Of a stretch of 64,000 nucleotides of DNA, positions 42,878 through 56,007 are shown piece after piece. The stretch lies in the NCBI RefSeq assembly GCF_009914755.1, contig NC_060947.1; one strand, written 5' to 3'. Source of the stretch: the human T2T-CHM13v2.0 reference genome, Homo sapiens. The position numbers were made by a program, and so were the translations under genes. How positions within the stretch are numbered: position 1 is the stretch's first letter; each line of letters opens with the position of its first letter. The notes under the pieces are model-generated. The model saw only the letters and a program-made list of their open reading frames with translations, searched no databases and was not told the DNA's origin.

Positions 42878-45705
42878 ATTAAGTTTCGGTTTGCTTAGGG
42901 AAAAAACTGAGATTAAACTTTTTTTAAATTAAGGTTATTACATCTGTATATCTAGAAAGATGTATGTGCTTCTTAAAGTATTTGTGACATTGAGTTACAG
43001 GGCTTTGACTCCTGGGTCTAAAAAGGATACCAAGTCCTGCTAAATCTTAAACACTGACAGCAATTATAGCTTCATCCTCAGGCGTGGTAGAAGATGTCAA
43101 TCAAAATAAACTGCATTCCTGAGACACAGGGCCAGAAATTAAAGCTATTCAACTCCTCAAGGCCCAGGGACTATCGTGGAAGACGTGGACATGTGAGATT
43201 GTAAGGGCTGATTTTGAGAGATAAAATAAGTTCAGTTTCTCTATAAATTAATCATTAATGTCAAAGACACACTGATGCAAGACCAGCATATGTGCCCCTA
43301 TGTCAAATTAACAAGGTTTTCTTGAAGCATTAACCGACTGCTTAATAATAATAAAGGTTATAAAGGTTATAAAAGGCTTATGGAAGTCATATCTTACGGT
43401 CAAGATTAAAAATCTTATACATTGTTTATAAAATTTTGAAAAACAAATTTAATTGGCTTTATGATGTTTCTATTAGGGCTTATTGTTTGCAAAATTAAGT
43501 CTCCTCTCAAAGAATGAAGGTTTTCTCCTTTTTTTGAAGTCCTTGAGTTATCACTTTGGTCAAAGGAATGACTTATTTTACAATGACCTGTGACATCACG
43601 TGTTTTAAATCTTTGATATTTGACAAACTTTCCAAAATCAAATTGTAAATTATGTCTTTCTCTGACCTAATTAATCCTTTAAGATATTAGGCTCCCTAAA
43701 GTCCAAAATAACATAATTTGGCTTATTTGGTATAAAAATTATACAGGAAACATTGTCAAATATGAACTGGTGTTTGGGTTTTTTTGGGCTGTATTTGTAT
43801 AAATATGGATATATGGGACTATAATTCTAATATGCTTAGTGTACATTATCAGTAATAATTATAACTGTTATGTTAAGTTATTGTGTGCCACAGAGGTAAT
43901 GAATTTCCTTGTCAGTTGTGTCCTTGACTATGGCTGCCCCTAAACTTTTTGTCATCCATAGACAATTGTTGTCTTGTTTTGGTCCTCTTTAGAAGGTGGT
44001 TTTATAATCATCTATAAAACTCTTAACAGGTGCTCTTGAGTACAAGTTTCTGATAACTTTGGAGATTGTGACATCAGAATAGAGGAAAAACTTTTAGGAC
44101 TCATGGAGAAGTGAAATGTTCATGAACATCAGGCAGAACAGGAATTAACTGCATGGACAGAACTAATACAAGACTGAGGTAATCTTTTTGACTTTTTGCT
44201 TAAAATGCTGCTGATCCTTTGTTTCGTTTTTCCAGAGTCAGGAAACTTCTTTTGCACTATTGACAGCTTTTAACAATTTAGTATACTCCTATGAACAAAA
44301 TTTAAAATATATTTGTTTCTCTCTACCTGATTTCTCCAGAATTTGGAAACTATTTGTGAATATTCTTAACTTATGGCAACACAGTTATTTGCATAAGTGC
44401 AATAAGAATCTGTTTTCAGACACAATTGGAGAAACTGGTTATTTTGCCAAGGCTTTGACTGGAATGGTGTGCTTTCCTTTAAAAAACCAAACTTGACTTA
44501 TGGAGCCAATAAAAGCCCCTTGGAAATACTGGCCTCATACCTAGTCTACACAGTTCCTGTACAGGGTTCCTGACCTGTGGTAAGTGAAGCATGTCACTTT
44601 CTGACAGGCCCAGGAACCCCAAGTTTATATTGGAACCTCAAGAGGAGAGGAATTCACCCAACTCATAGGTATTTGATGGTACAAATCCATGGCTGAGCTT
44701 GGCTTTTAAAAAGTCTTATCCGAGATTCCTTCTATGGAACAAATTTCCATCAAAGCCAATTTAAAAGCCTATGTAAAAAAATAATTATTCTTGCTGCACT
44801 TTATAGAAATAATCATGCCAAGTATAACAAAGCAAATCGGTCCTACCATGATTTCTCTTTAGTAGAAATGGGAAACTGCAGAGAGAAAAATTACGTTTCA
44901 GAAACTATAGTACACCTGTTGTTAGACTCTAGCCTTGCCTAATGTTTTTCAATTGTTATTATTTTTTACAGTTTGGACTGAATTCTAATTTTTCTTGGCT
45001 ACAAGTCTTCAAAATAATGTTTTCAAGTTTTTTCCTTCTTTTTTTCCCCCATTTTTCCTAATTTGGAGTCACTGAAAACTAAGCTGTGCTTTTGTAAACC
45101 CTGCAAACTGAAGCCAGACAACTTAAACTTTAGAAGAAAATAACAGCAACCTGCTTACATACATAAGGCACTTTCATCCCTGCCTACTGATATATAAACT
45201 TCAGAGTAATGTGGCCTATATCGATTTTCCAGGATTGTTCTTTTGTTTGTTGTTGTTTTTATCCCTTCCTCCCCCATTTTCTCTTCATAGGACATGAGAC
45301 TTCACAACCTGCTAAAAATGAACTTTCCTAATAACTGGGGACCTACCCGTCTAGGAATAAACCATCCTAGCCATGACAGATCAGATGAAACCTGAGACCA
45401 GAGACTCATTTTCTCCTAAAATGCTTTCTCCAAAAGATTTTTAAAAAGAAAAGGGGGAAAATATGAATGGAAAATAAATCTTGGGGCCCCAACATCACTA
45501 AGCTAAAGGGAAAAGTCAAGCTGGGAACTGCTTAGGGCCAACCTGCCTCCCATTCTATTCAAAGTCACCTCTCTGCTCACTGAGATAAGTGTATATCTGA
45601 CTGCCTCATTTGGAGAGGCTAATCAGAAACTCAAAAGAATGCAACCATTTGTCTCTTATCTACCTATGACCTGGAAACCCCCTCCGCACTTTGAGTTGTC
45701 CCACC

Positions 45706-46177
45706 TGTGAAAGGAAAATAAATCTTGGGGCCCCCAAATCACTAAGCTAAAGGGAAAAGTCAAGCTGAGAACTGCTTAGGGCCAACCATCCTCTCATTCT
45801 ATTCACAGTCACCCCTCTGCTCACTGAGATAGATGCTATCTTATTGCCTCCTTTGGAAAGGCTAAGCAGAAACTCAAAAGAATGCAACTTTCCATCTCTC
45901 ACCTATCTGTGACCTGGAAGCCCAGTCCCTGCTTTGAGTCTTCCTGCCTTTGCTTCAAGCTGTCCCGCCTTTCCAGACCAAACCAATGTACTTCTTACAT
46001 ATATTGATGTCTCATGTCTCATGTCTCCCTAAAATGTATAAAACTAAACTGTGCCCCTACCACCTTGGGCACATGTCGTCAGGACTTCCTGAGGCTGTGT
46101 CATGGGCACATCCTCTACCCTGGCAAAATAAACTTTCTAAATTAACTGGGACCTACCTCAAATTATCTGGGTTCACA
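45706..46177 (+). mobile_element. MER4A solo LTR nested in the provirus 3' LTR
   Basis: TGTGAAAGGAAAATAAATCTTGG...GGGTTCACA; TSD CACC/CGCC. Confidence 0.9.
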
Positions 46178-46628
46178 CGCCTTTGCCTCGAGTTGTCCCA
46201 CCTTTCCGGACTGAACCAATGTACATCTTAACACATACTGATTGATGTCTAATGTCTCTCTAAAATGTATAAAACCAAGCTGTGCTCTGACCACCTTAGG
46301 CACTTGTCATCAGGATCTCCTGAGGCCATATTATGGGTGCACGTCCTCAACCTTGGCAAAATAAGCTTTCTAAATTAACTGAGACGTGTCTCAGATTTTC
46401 GGGATTCACAATCTCCACTCTTCACCAAACCTACAATAAAAAACCCTCAGCTTCTCAGCTTTAACTGTTTCTTCGGGTCTTCATTTTCTTATGAAGGTTC
46501 ATGTGTCACATAAAACTTTAAAAAATTTGTACACTTTTCTCTCATTAATCTGTCTTCTGTTATAGGGCCTCAGCCATGAACTTAGAATGGGTAGATTAAA
46601 AAAAATATTTTTCCTCCCCTACACATTT

Positions 46629-46923
46629 TTTTTTTTTTTTTTGAGACGGAGTCTCAGTCTGTTGACCAGGCTCAAGTGCAATGGCGTGGTCTTGGCTCAC
46701 TGCAACCTCTGCCTCCCAGTTTAAGCAATTATCCTGCCTCAGCCTCCTGACTAGCTGGGACTACAGGCGCGTGCCACCACACCTGGCTAATTTTTTTGTA
46801 TTTTTAGTAGAGATCGGGTTTCATCATGTTGGCCAGGCTGGTCTTGAACTCCTGACCTCATGATCCGCCCGCCTCGGCCTCGCAAAGTGCTGAGATTACA
46901 GGCGTGAGCCACCACACCTGGCC
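46629..46923 (-). mobile_element. AluSg-type
   Basis: TSD CTCCCCTACACATTT at 46614-46628 and 46924-46938. Confidence 0.9.
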
Positions 46924-47173
46924 CTCCCCTACACATTTCTAAGTATCTTACCTGATTTTCTATGGCACCTTTGGGTTGCAGAACCTTAGCTGTAGGAGAA
47001 ATGGTGGTGACGGCCAATGTCTGGCACTGACTTTAACAGAGTACAGATGTGTATGTAAATAGTACTTATTTTAACAAAATAGAAAGTTCAAGAAAGAAAT
47101 ACAGCAACAAAAGTGACAATTAGATTGGAAGAGACCCATTCTTGTTTGCTTGTTTTCTCCATAAGCCATCTAG

Positions 47174-47472
<299 letters not shown>

Positions 47473-47890
47473 TAACTCCATTCTTAATTGTCACTTAGCC
47501 TACACTTTCACTTCATTGACATTTATAGGCTGACAACAAGCAGATGAAGATACCATTGAAACAGTGCCACCACTCACCCAACTGTCCTGTCAGTCAGGAA
47601 AAGCACATCCCCACTGGGTCTCAGAGCTCTCGGCCCGTTGTCTTTGCACTGTGTGACCACACACAAAACCAGGTAAAGTATTTACCTGCTTTGTTCAGGA
47701 GGCTGTCCTTGGCTCTCTAGTTTCTGATAGGACCCCATTTTAAACTCTCAAGCCCCCTTGTCCTTGTTCTTTGATAGTGTCATAGCCTCTAAACATATCA
47801 CAATTATTAATATAATTAAATACTTATTTCCCTATAGATTTGTTTAAAGCCTGCCTTCCCCCAAGAGATGGTCAGGTCTGAAGGCAGGTT

Positions 47891-48498
47891 TGTTACAGAT
47901 GACAGGCTCTTGGGCTCATCATGTAATAAAAGTTAACATGGGGACAAGCAGATTTCCAGAAAAGGCTTTTATCTTGGGGCTTGTGCTCGAGTGCAGGGGA
48001 GACACCAGAGGTACAAGGACCCTCAAGCTGACTCCCTGAAAAGGTGGTAGGGATTTTTTTTATTAGGCAAACACAGGAATTGGTATCATGGGTAGGGTAT
48101 GCAGGCTGGCCTGGGCAAAGCACGTGACGGGTAGGGGATGCTGGTTAGCGTATCTAGTTGTGATGGTTATCTTGAGTAATGGGCCACCTGGGGGTCTGGC
48201 CAGCTGTAACAAGGCTGCAAATCAATTGTTCAGGGTTCCTTCCCTTCCCATGATGGGACATTCTGAAACCTCGGTTTGATGTTTAGATTTCCTAAGGCCA
48301 GTTCCTGGAATTCTTTTAAGTAAAAGGCATGATTAAACATTATGAGAGCACAGAAGAATGGCTATTTTCTTTGTAAGCCTGAAGCCTTATCTAAAACCAA
48401 TTGTCAGCAAGGCAGGGGTGTGGGTCTTGTGATCAGTGAGACAAGAAGAAAAAAAAAAACGTGAAAAAGGAACTGAGTTCCTTTTCTATTCTATCTGA
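47891..48498 (-). mobile_element. ERV1-type solo LTR (family not determined)
   Basis: GGTT TSD at 47887-47890 and 48499-48502; clearly homologous to 50567-51038. Confidence 0.7.
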
Positions 48499-48532
48499 GG
48501 TTACTCCCCACTGCACCCCCGGCACCTGACAT

Positions 48533-49149
48533 TGTGAGAGGCATTTGAACCAGAGTGACTCCATCTTGAATAGGGGCTGGGTAAAATGAATCTGAGACCT
48601 ACTGGGCTGCATTCCCAGGAGGTTAGGCATTCTTAGTCACAGGATGAGATAGGAGGTTGGCAGGACTGGTATCACAAGATACAGGTCATAAAAACTCTGA
48701 CCATAAAACAAGATGTGGTATAGAAGCCAGCCAAAACCAAGATGGTGAGAAAAGTGACCTCTAGTCATCCTCACTGCTCATTATACTCAAATTATAATGC
48801 ATTAGCATGCTTAAAGAAATTTCCACTAGCACCATGACAGCTTACAAATGCCATGGCAGTGTTCAGAAGTTACCCTATATAGTCTAAAAAGGGGAGGAAC
48901 CCTCAGTTCCAGGAATTCCCCACCCCTTTCCCAGAAAACTCATGAATGATCTACCCTTTATTTAGCATATGATCAAGAAATAACCATAAGTATACCCAGT
49001 CAGCAGCGCGTGCCGCTGCTGTGTCTATGGAGTAGCCATTCTTTTGTCTCTTTTACTTCTCTAATAAACTTTATTCTATGAATTTGCCCCCAAATTCTTT
49101 CTTGCGCAAGATCCAAGAACCCTCTTTTGGGGTCTGGACTGGGACCCCT
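48533..49149 (+). mobile_element. MER41 (B-like) solo LTR
   Basis: TGTGAGAGGCATTTGAACCAGAGTGACTCCATCTTGAATAGGGGCTGGGTAAAATG...GATCCAAGAACCCTC...GGGGTCTGGA. Confidence 0.92.
48907..48936 (+). promoter_or_regulatory. Tandem GAS (STAT) motifs in MER41
   Basis: TTCCAGGAA at 48907-48915 and TTCCCAGAA at 48928-48936. Confidence 0.65.
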
Positions 49150-49964
49150 ATCACCATGCCTGGCTCAAGAAACATTTGTTGAGTAATGATTTATAGTGAC
49201 TTTCTATGTGCTCATGTCTCACTCTTGTTCCAGTACCTGTATGCTAAGCAGCCATGCTACTGTCCTTCTGTGCTTCCCTACATTCCAAGTTCAAGGGGAC
49301 AGGATGGTTTATTGTTTCTTAAGTGCTTGTCTTTCTGGTCCTGTTTACATGCATCATTAGCCCACAGGAAAGCACTCTGTTACAAATGACTTTAGAAATC
49401 ACAATCATTAAAATTGAAAACTTCCATTTAAGCCAGACTACCCCTTTGTGATGTTAAAAGTGTTGCCTCTGAGCTTCCAACCCCCTCTCTATGAGGCCTA
49501 TTCCAGCTTTTAACCTACCGTGGGTGCGGGCTTTTCATTTGGAGCCTCTTGTGATCTTCAAGCTGTAATTTTCGCAAGCAGGGCCCTAAAGCTCTTTAAT
49601 TTTTTTGTTTACCAGAATTACTCATTTCATTTTTGTATGTGCTTGGTAGATGAATTTTCTGTGGCATCTTACAAAATAAGGCCATAATACCTTATGGCAT
49701 TAAAAAAAAGTTGGGGGGGGAGCAAAACCACCACAAAAAAATTAACTGAACAATTAAAATATTTAAATTAGTATTAGAAAGCTTAAATGTAGGCAACAAC
49801 TAAGTCATCTCAAGCACATTCAACAGGAAAAAGTAGAAAACATACTAGATAAGAACGTCAGAGAATGGGGCAAGGACTGGGGGAGGTGAAGGAGGTGCAG
49901 AGCTGGATCCTGTCTTTATTTGAAAATTTGATTTTGTGTTCAAATGTGAATTATTTCATTTTGA

Positions 49965-50265
<301 letters not shown>

Positions 50266-50311
50266 TAATTTTGATTTTTTAAAATAATACTACATTAAAA
50301 TATTACTGATC

Positions 50312-51330
50312 CTTCTTCAGAAGTTAAAGAGAATTACATATGACACAGCAATTCCACTCCTAGGCATACACCCCAAAAGAATTAAAAACAGGCATTCCAA
50401 CAAACATTTGCATGTGATTGTTCATAGTATTAGTCACAATAACCAAAAGGTGAAACAAATTGTGGTATATTCATACAATGGAATTTTATTCAGCCATAGA
50501 AAGGAATGAAATTCTGACACATGCTACAACATGGGTAAACCTTGCAAACGCCATGCTAAATGGAAGCCTGACTGACCAGGGGCTCTTGGGCTCTCAATGC
50601 AATAGAAATTGACATGGGGCCAAAAGACTTTTCCCAGACAAAGCACGCGAAGGGTAGAGGATATAGGTTAGCATCATCTGGTTGTGATGATCATCTCGAG
50701 TAATGGGCCACCTGGTGGTCTGGCCAGCGGCAACAAGGCTGTAAATCAATTAATTATTCAGCATTCCCTCCCAAGATGGGACACTCTGCAATCTTGGTTC
50801 CCTATTTGGATCTCCTAAGGCCAGTTCCTGGAATTGTTTAAGTAAAAGACATGGTTAAGCATTATGAGAGCACAGAAGAACAATACAGAAAGGCCATTTT
50901 CTTTGTATGACTAAAGCCTCGAGGTTAGCAGGTATGGTGTCAATGAGGTAGTAGTATGGGTTTTGTGATCAGTGGGAATGCATGAAAAAATGCTCTAGTG
51001 GGGGTGAGCCAAAGCCAAGCCCCCTTCCTACTGTCTCAGAAGAAGCCAGACACAAAAGACCACATATATTGTGTAATTCCACTTATATGAAATATCCAGA
51101 ATAGAAAAAGCCACAGAAATAAAAAGGAGATCAGTGGTTGCCAGCGGACAGGTGGAGGGGAAGATAGGGAGTGACTGCTAGTGTGTACAGGCATTTATTT
51201 TGGAGTGATGAAAATGTTTTGGAAATAGTTAAAGGTGGTGGTTGCTCAACATCAGTGAATGCAACCAAATTGTTCACTTCAAAATGGTTAATTCTATGTT
51301 ACGTGAATTTCACGTCGATTAAAAAATATA
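50312..51330 (+). mobile_element. L1MB-type 3' end interrupted by an LTR
   Basis: CAGCAATTCCACTCCTAGG...ACATGCTACAACATGG...AGAAGCCAGACACAAAAGACCACA; flanks TATTACTGATC (50301) and TATTGCTGATC (51676). Confidence 0.8.
50567..51038 (-). mobile_element. ERV1-type solo LTR, same family as 47891-48498
   Basis: Shared blocks GAGTAATGGGCCACCTGG, CCTAAGGCCAGTTCCTGGAATT, CATTATGAGAGCACAGAAGAA; GAAG flanks. Confidence 0.7.
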
Positions 51331-51334
51331 TATA

Positions 51335-51675
51335 CAGGTTGAGCATCCCTAATCTGAAAATCCAAAATGCTCCAAAATTTCAAAATTTCTGAATGCCAAC
51401 ATGACGCTAGAAGTGGAAAATTCCATAACTGATCTCATGCCAGAAATCACAGTCAAAATGCAGTCGAAACTTTGTTTCATGCACAAAATTATTTAAAATA
51501 TTGTATCAAATTACCTTTAGGCTATGTATATAAGGTGTATATGAAGCATAAATGAATTTCATGTTTAGTCTTGAGTCTCATCCCCAAGATATCGCATGTA
51601 TATGCAAATATTCCAAAATCTGAAATTCAAAACACTTCTAGCCCCAAGCATTTCACATAAGGGATACTCAGACTG
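51335..51675. mobile_element. Tigger4 (Zombi/MER46) DNA transposon
   Basis: TIRs CAGGTTGAGCATCCCT / AGGGATACTCAGACTG with TA on both sides. Confidence 0.88.
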
Positions 51676-52746
51676 TATTGCTGATCTTGATTCCTGAGTT
51701 TTTTGGAGCCCCCTTAAATTTTGTGCCTGAGGCAAAGCCTTACTTGCCACCCCCAAGTCTTGGACCTATTCAATTTTACTTTTACCAGGAAATAAACAGG
51801 GTGAGAAACTGCAATGATCTTGGACCACACACAAATCTGTGGCTGAGTTCCAGGTAACACAGTGACTCATTTTCTTACTCAAAATTACTTACAGCATGTT
51901 CCCTGCCATCCTTTCCATACAACACAGCAAAGGCACAGTGACCTGGACTCTTGCTCGTCATCCTAACATCCTGATCCGCTGGACAAAACATGAACACACT
52001 TTCTCCCCAGTGAGGTTGTTGGGAAAAATTTAATCAGCTACAGATATTTTAAGTACCAAAGGCTGCCTCTGGAGGGAAAAGAAAACTACCCCTCTGGTTC
52101 TGGTTGACAGAAGTATGTATTATCAGATTCCCTGTGAGGCTTTACATCCCATGTTTGCTGGAGAACAGAGGGATTCTCTAAGAGTGTAGTGATTTCTTCA
52201 GATAGTTCCTTCATCTTGCCTTCAATTATTTCAGAGGCTTAAAAGAAAAGAATATAAATATTAGCAACACCAGGAACTGAATAATACAAGTCTTTCAATA
52301 TCTCCAGCTAACCTTTGCACCATTTTGGCTTGCTCCAAAGGGTCTCCATGTTTGAGGCAAAACTAAATAGACACAGCTTTGCATCTTCCCTGATAAACAT
52401 GAAGAGACCTCACAGGAAAGCAATGAACACTTTACAAGTCTTCCAAAAGCTGCTGTCTCTGCTAAAGAACAGCTTATACAAGTCAAGGCCTGCCATAATG
52501 CCTAGGGCAATCCAGGCACTATCTGCCACTGAGCATAAATTTACTGAAGCTATCCAGGCTGGTATTCTCTCTAATAGTGCATAATAGAGCAATGGAAAAA
52601 TAAGCTGCCCTTGGACACTAAGCCTGTCTCTTGCATCTCCCTACAAAGAAATCAAATACTATTTTATTTTATTTTATTTTATGTTTTATTTTAATTTTAT
52701 TTTATACAAATCCAAGGAAATCTGCTCTTCTATGAGTGGCCTAGAC

Positions 52747-52933
52747 CAGGGATCAGCAAACTGTTTTTGTAAATAAAATTTTATTGGAACACAGCCATGC
52801 TTGTTCACTTACATATTGTCTATGGTTGCTTTCCTGCTACAACAGCAGAATTGAGTAGTTGCCGCAGGAACTGCATGGCTCATAAGCCTAAGATATTTAC
52901 TCTCTGACCTTACAGAAAGTCTGTCAACCCCTG
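52747..52933 (-). mobile_element. MER58A hAT DNA transposon
   Basis: CAGGG...CCCCTG termini and perfect 8-bp TSD GCCTAGAC at 52739-52746 and 52934-52941. Confidence 0.9.
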
Positions 52934-53947
52934 GCCTAGACTATGATGACTCTAACCACAACAGCCCCCACATATACATTTATAGGTGTACTTATATTTT
53001 TTTTTTCCTGGCCCAAGGTGCATTCCATTTTCCCCAAACACTAACTCTGTCATGGGCTGTCATGCGTGTCCTGCTAACTGTGCCAGTCAAATGGGAGTAT
53101 CTCAAAGGGGCAAGATCCTGTGAGGCAAGTCCTATAATACCCGCCTCTATACCAAGATGACAGCTTGTCCATGAGAGAAATGAACAATCCTCGAAGATTC
53201 CATCTTACCCTCACAGGCAGTCCCCATTATTCCCAGTCATGTATTCATTTCAGCTTATTTCCAACTCAGCTATCCTTGGCTCTGAAAAGCTGTCATCACT
53301 GGCATCACTGTATCTATCACTAGATTAAAAGAGGAACTAATTTAGCAAGGTATAAAAAAAAAACCTGGACAATTATTCAATTTGCAATTTCAAACACATT
53401 CCATATTAACCCCTTAGTATGAGAGAAAATACTAAAGAATATTCTTTTAGCACTTTCTAGTCACCACAGGAAGAGGTCAGTCCAATCACATGCAATGGCC
53501 TCTTTCTTTGGTCAGAGAAACTGATCACTTATTTTCATCGTAAACTGGAAGTTACTTATTCAGAAAATTAAAAACGCATTTCAGTTTAGACTGAAATTTA
53601 TAATCTTCTGAAGACCACTGATCATTTCTAAACTTTAATAAAAGCCTTGAAAGTAGATTGCCTTCCTGCCACCTTAACTATTGCTTGCTTTCTACTAGAG
53701 GTGTTATATTAACAAACTGATTTAAAATGAAAGCCTGAGTTGATGGACCCATTTATTTTCTGTGAATCTACTCTTGTCATACTAGGGACTAAACCTCAGT
53801 CCATCTGAGGTTGAGCATCACTTAGTCCTACTCCTACTGATGTCAATTTGTTCTTCAATGTAATAACATAGCATACGATATTACCTGGATCTTCAGTTTG
53901 TTTTTTTCATTCTTCATTCTTCTGATGACAACTGTTTCCTTTGGCAA

Positions 53948-54818
53948 TGAGGGAGTTCAGGACACACTACCCCAAAATATGGCATCTTGGCATATTGCGT
54001 ATGGCTCATAAGCCTAACATATTTACTCTCTAACCTTACAGAAAAAGTCTGTCAACCCCTGACCTAGACTATTATGACTCTAACCATAACAGCCCCCACA
54101 TATACATTGCATGAAGCGGAAGGAATTTGAGACAGCATGTGCAAGAAGTTCTCTCTGACCTTCCTCTGACCTTCCCCCACTGAAGCAGGTCATAACACCC
54201 CGGAAGGATTTTCTGACCTTCTCCAAGCAGGTCAAAAGGCCCTCAGGTGAGAGGTACCCCCAACCCCCATACCCAGAGGAAACGAGTATCCTTATCTCTG
54301 AAGACACAGGATCCCAGGGAAGAATCTGAATAAACAGGCCTTGCTAAGTTCCCCTACTATATTACCATGAGATCACACTCTTTTTGCTCTATTATAACTC
54401 TCCATGACTCTCTACTCTTCATCAGGTCTGTTTTAGAAAGACCAGAGTTTACCTGTTTCTTTGAATCTTCATTTCCTTATGAAGGTTCCCATAATACTTA
54501 CATTAAATAAATTTGTATGCTTTTCTCTGTCTCTTTTTTTTTTTTAAGAAATGGGGCTGGAGTGTGTGTGTGTGTGAGTGTGGGGAGGTGGTGCCTCACT
54601 GTTGCCCAGGCTAGTCTCCAACTACTGGCCTCAAGGGATCCTCCCACCTCAGCCTTCCAAGTAACTGGAATTATAGGCACCTGCTATAACAGGGATTATA
54701 GGCACCTGCTGCTGTGCCCAACTGTATGCTTTTTGCTTGTTAATCTGTTTTTTTGTTATCAGGGCCTTGGCCATGAACCTATGATGGGTAGAGGAAAAAC
54801 TATCTTTTCTCCCCTCTA
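53948..54818 (+). mobile_element. MER39/MER34-type solo LTR containing a FLAM (~54533-54720) and a locally copied 108-bp insert
   Basis: TGAGGGAGTTCAGGACACACTACCCCAAAATATGGC start; GCAA TSD at 53944-53947 and 54819-54822. Confidence 0.8.
54001..54108 (+). repeat. Dispersed duplicate of 52875-52980
   Basis: Direct repeat with 5 substitutions and a 2-nt indel, including non-repeat flank. Confidence 0.95.
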
Positions 54819-55604
54819 GCAACATGAAAGGACTAGAGAACAGTGAACACAGCTGCGTATCCCTGATTACATTAGCGAAATGCTGTAATTCTTTTCAGCT
54901 GCAGTTTGGCTTTTGGCTCTGTGTTTTAAGGACCACAGCACCTCCCTAGATCCAGATCTGTGCTGGCCTCCGTGCTTGAGAATCACAGCACCTCCTCATT
55001 ACGGAGGAACTAGTCATCTACGATCAGCAAATTGCACAGGAGCTTGAACTTGGTGGTCATGAGGACTAAGACGTGCATATTGGCTCAAGACCCAGAAAAC
55101 ACCCTGCAGTGACATAAAAAATGTTAACGCACTCTCTACACTTGCCTTGAAATGTTATCTCCTTCAGATCATGTTTTCATTATGATTTTAGGTCAGCAGC
55201 GTGAAAGTTTTCCCTTCCAACATTCTCATAGGTCCAAGAGTTGGAGAAATAATTTTCACAATTATGCAAATTTCAAAATTAGAAATATATGGAATGCCCT
55301 GATTACCTTGAGTCACAGAAAGTATTCAAAATAGGACCAATTATTGACAAATATCGCCAGGTTGGGTTGCCTTAGAAATACCCCTTCCCCATGAGATAGC
55401 TCTGCAACTCAACTTTCACTCTGAGCTGTGGGGTCTGTTTGTGGTTCCTTTTACTCAGTTCCAAATAAATCAGCACACTGATCTACTCCACTAGAGTTCT
55501 ACTGATCTATGGAGATGATATTACAAGGAAATGTTTCATGCCTGACCCATCCCCAGTCTTGGCCAAACTTTTGCTGATTTATAGCAATAAAAGTCTGAAT
55601 TCCC

Positions 55605-56007
<403 letters not shown>

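Larger units (their letters stand above)
37450..46410 (+). mobile_element. Non-autonomous MER4A provirus (5' LTR 37450-39347, MER4-int 39348-45461, 3' LTR 45462-46410)
   Basis: Two homologous LTRs (GGAAAATAAATCTTGG...CACTAAGCTAA...GGTTCA), PBS, polypurine tract at 45443-45461, ATCT TSD at 37446-37449 and 46411-46414; no gag/pol/env ORF in the ORF track. Confidence 0.92.
37142..46623 (+). mobile_element. MER39/MER34-type LTR split by the MER4 provirus (halves 37142-37449 and 46411-46623)
   Basis: TGATGGGGCTCAGGACATACTACTCCAAAATATG start; resumes after the provirus; halves match the paralogous LTR at 53948-54818. Confidence 0.75.

Noticed and set aside
39348-45461. Coding gag/pol/env in the provirus
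   Set aside because: AT-rich internal region with no long ORF and no retroviral protein motif in the ORF track
52295-52592. Overlapping ORFs in unique DNA as a coding exon or processed pseudogene
   Set aside because: No recognisable protein, no poly-A/TSD and no convincing splice-site pair
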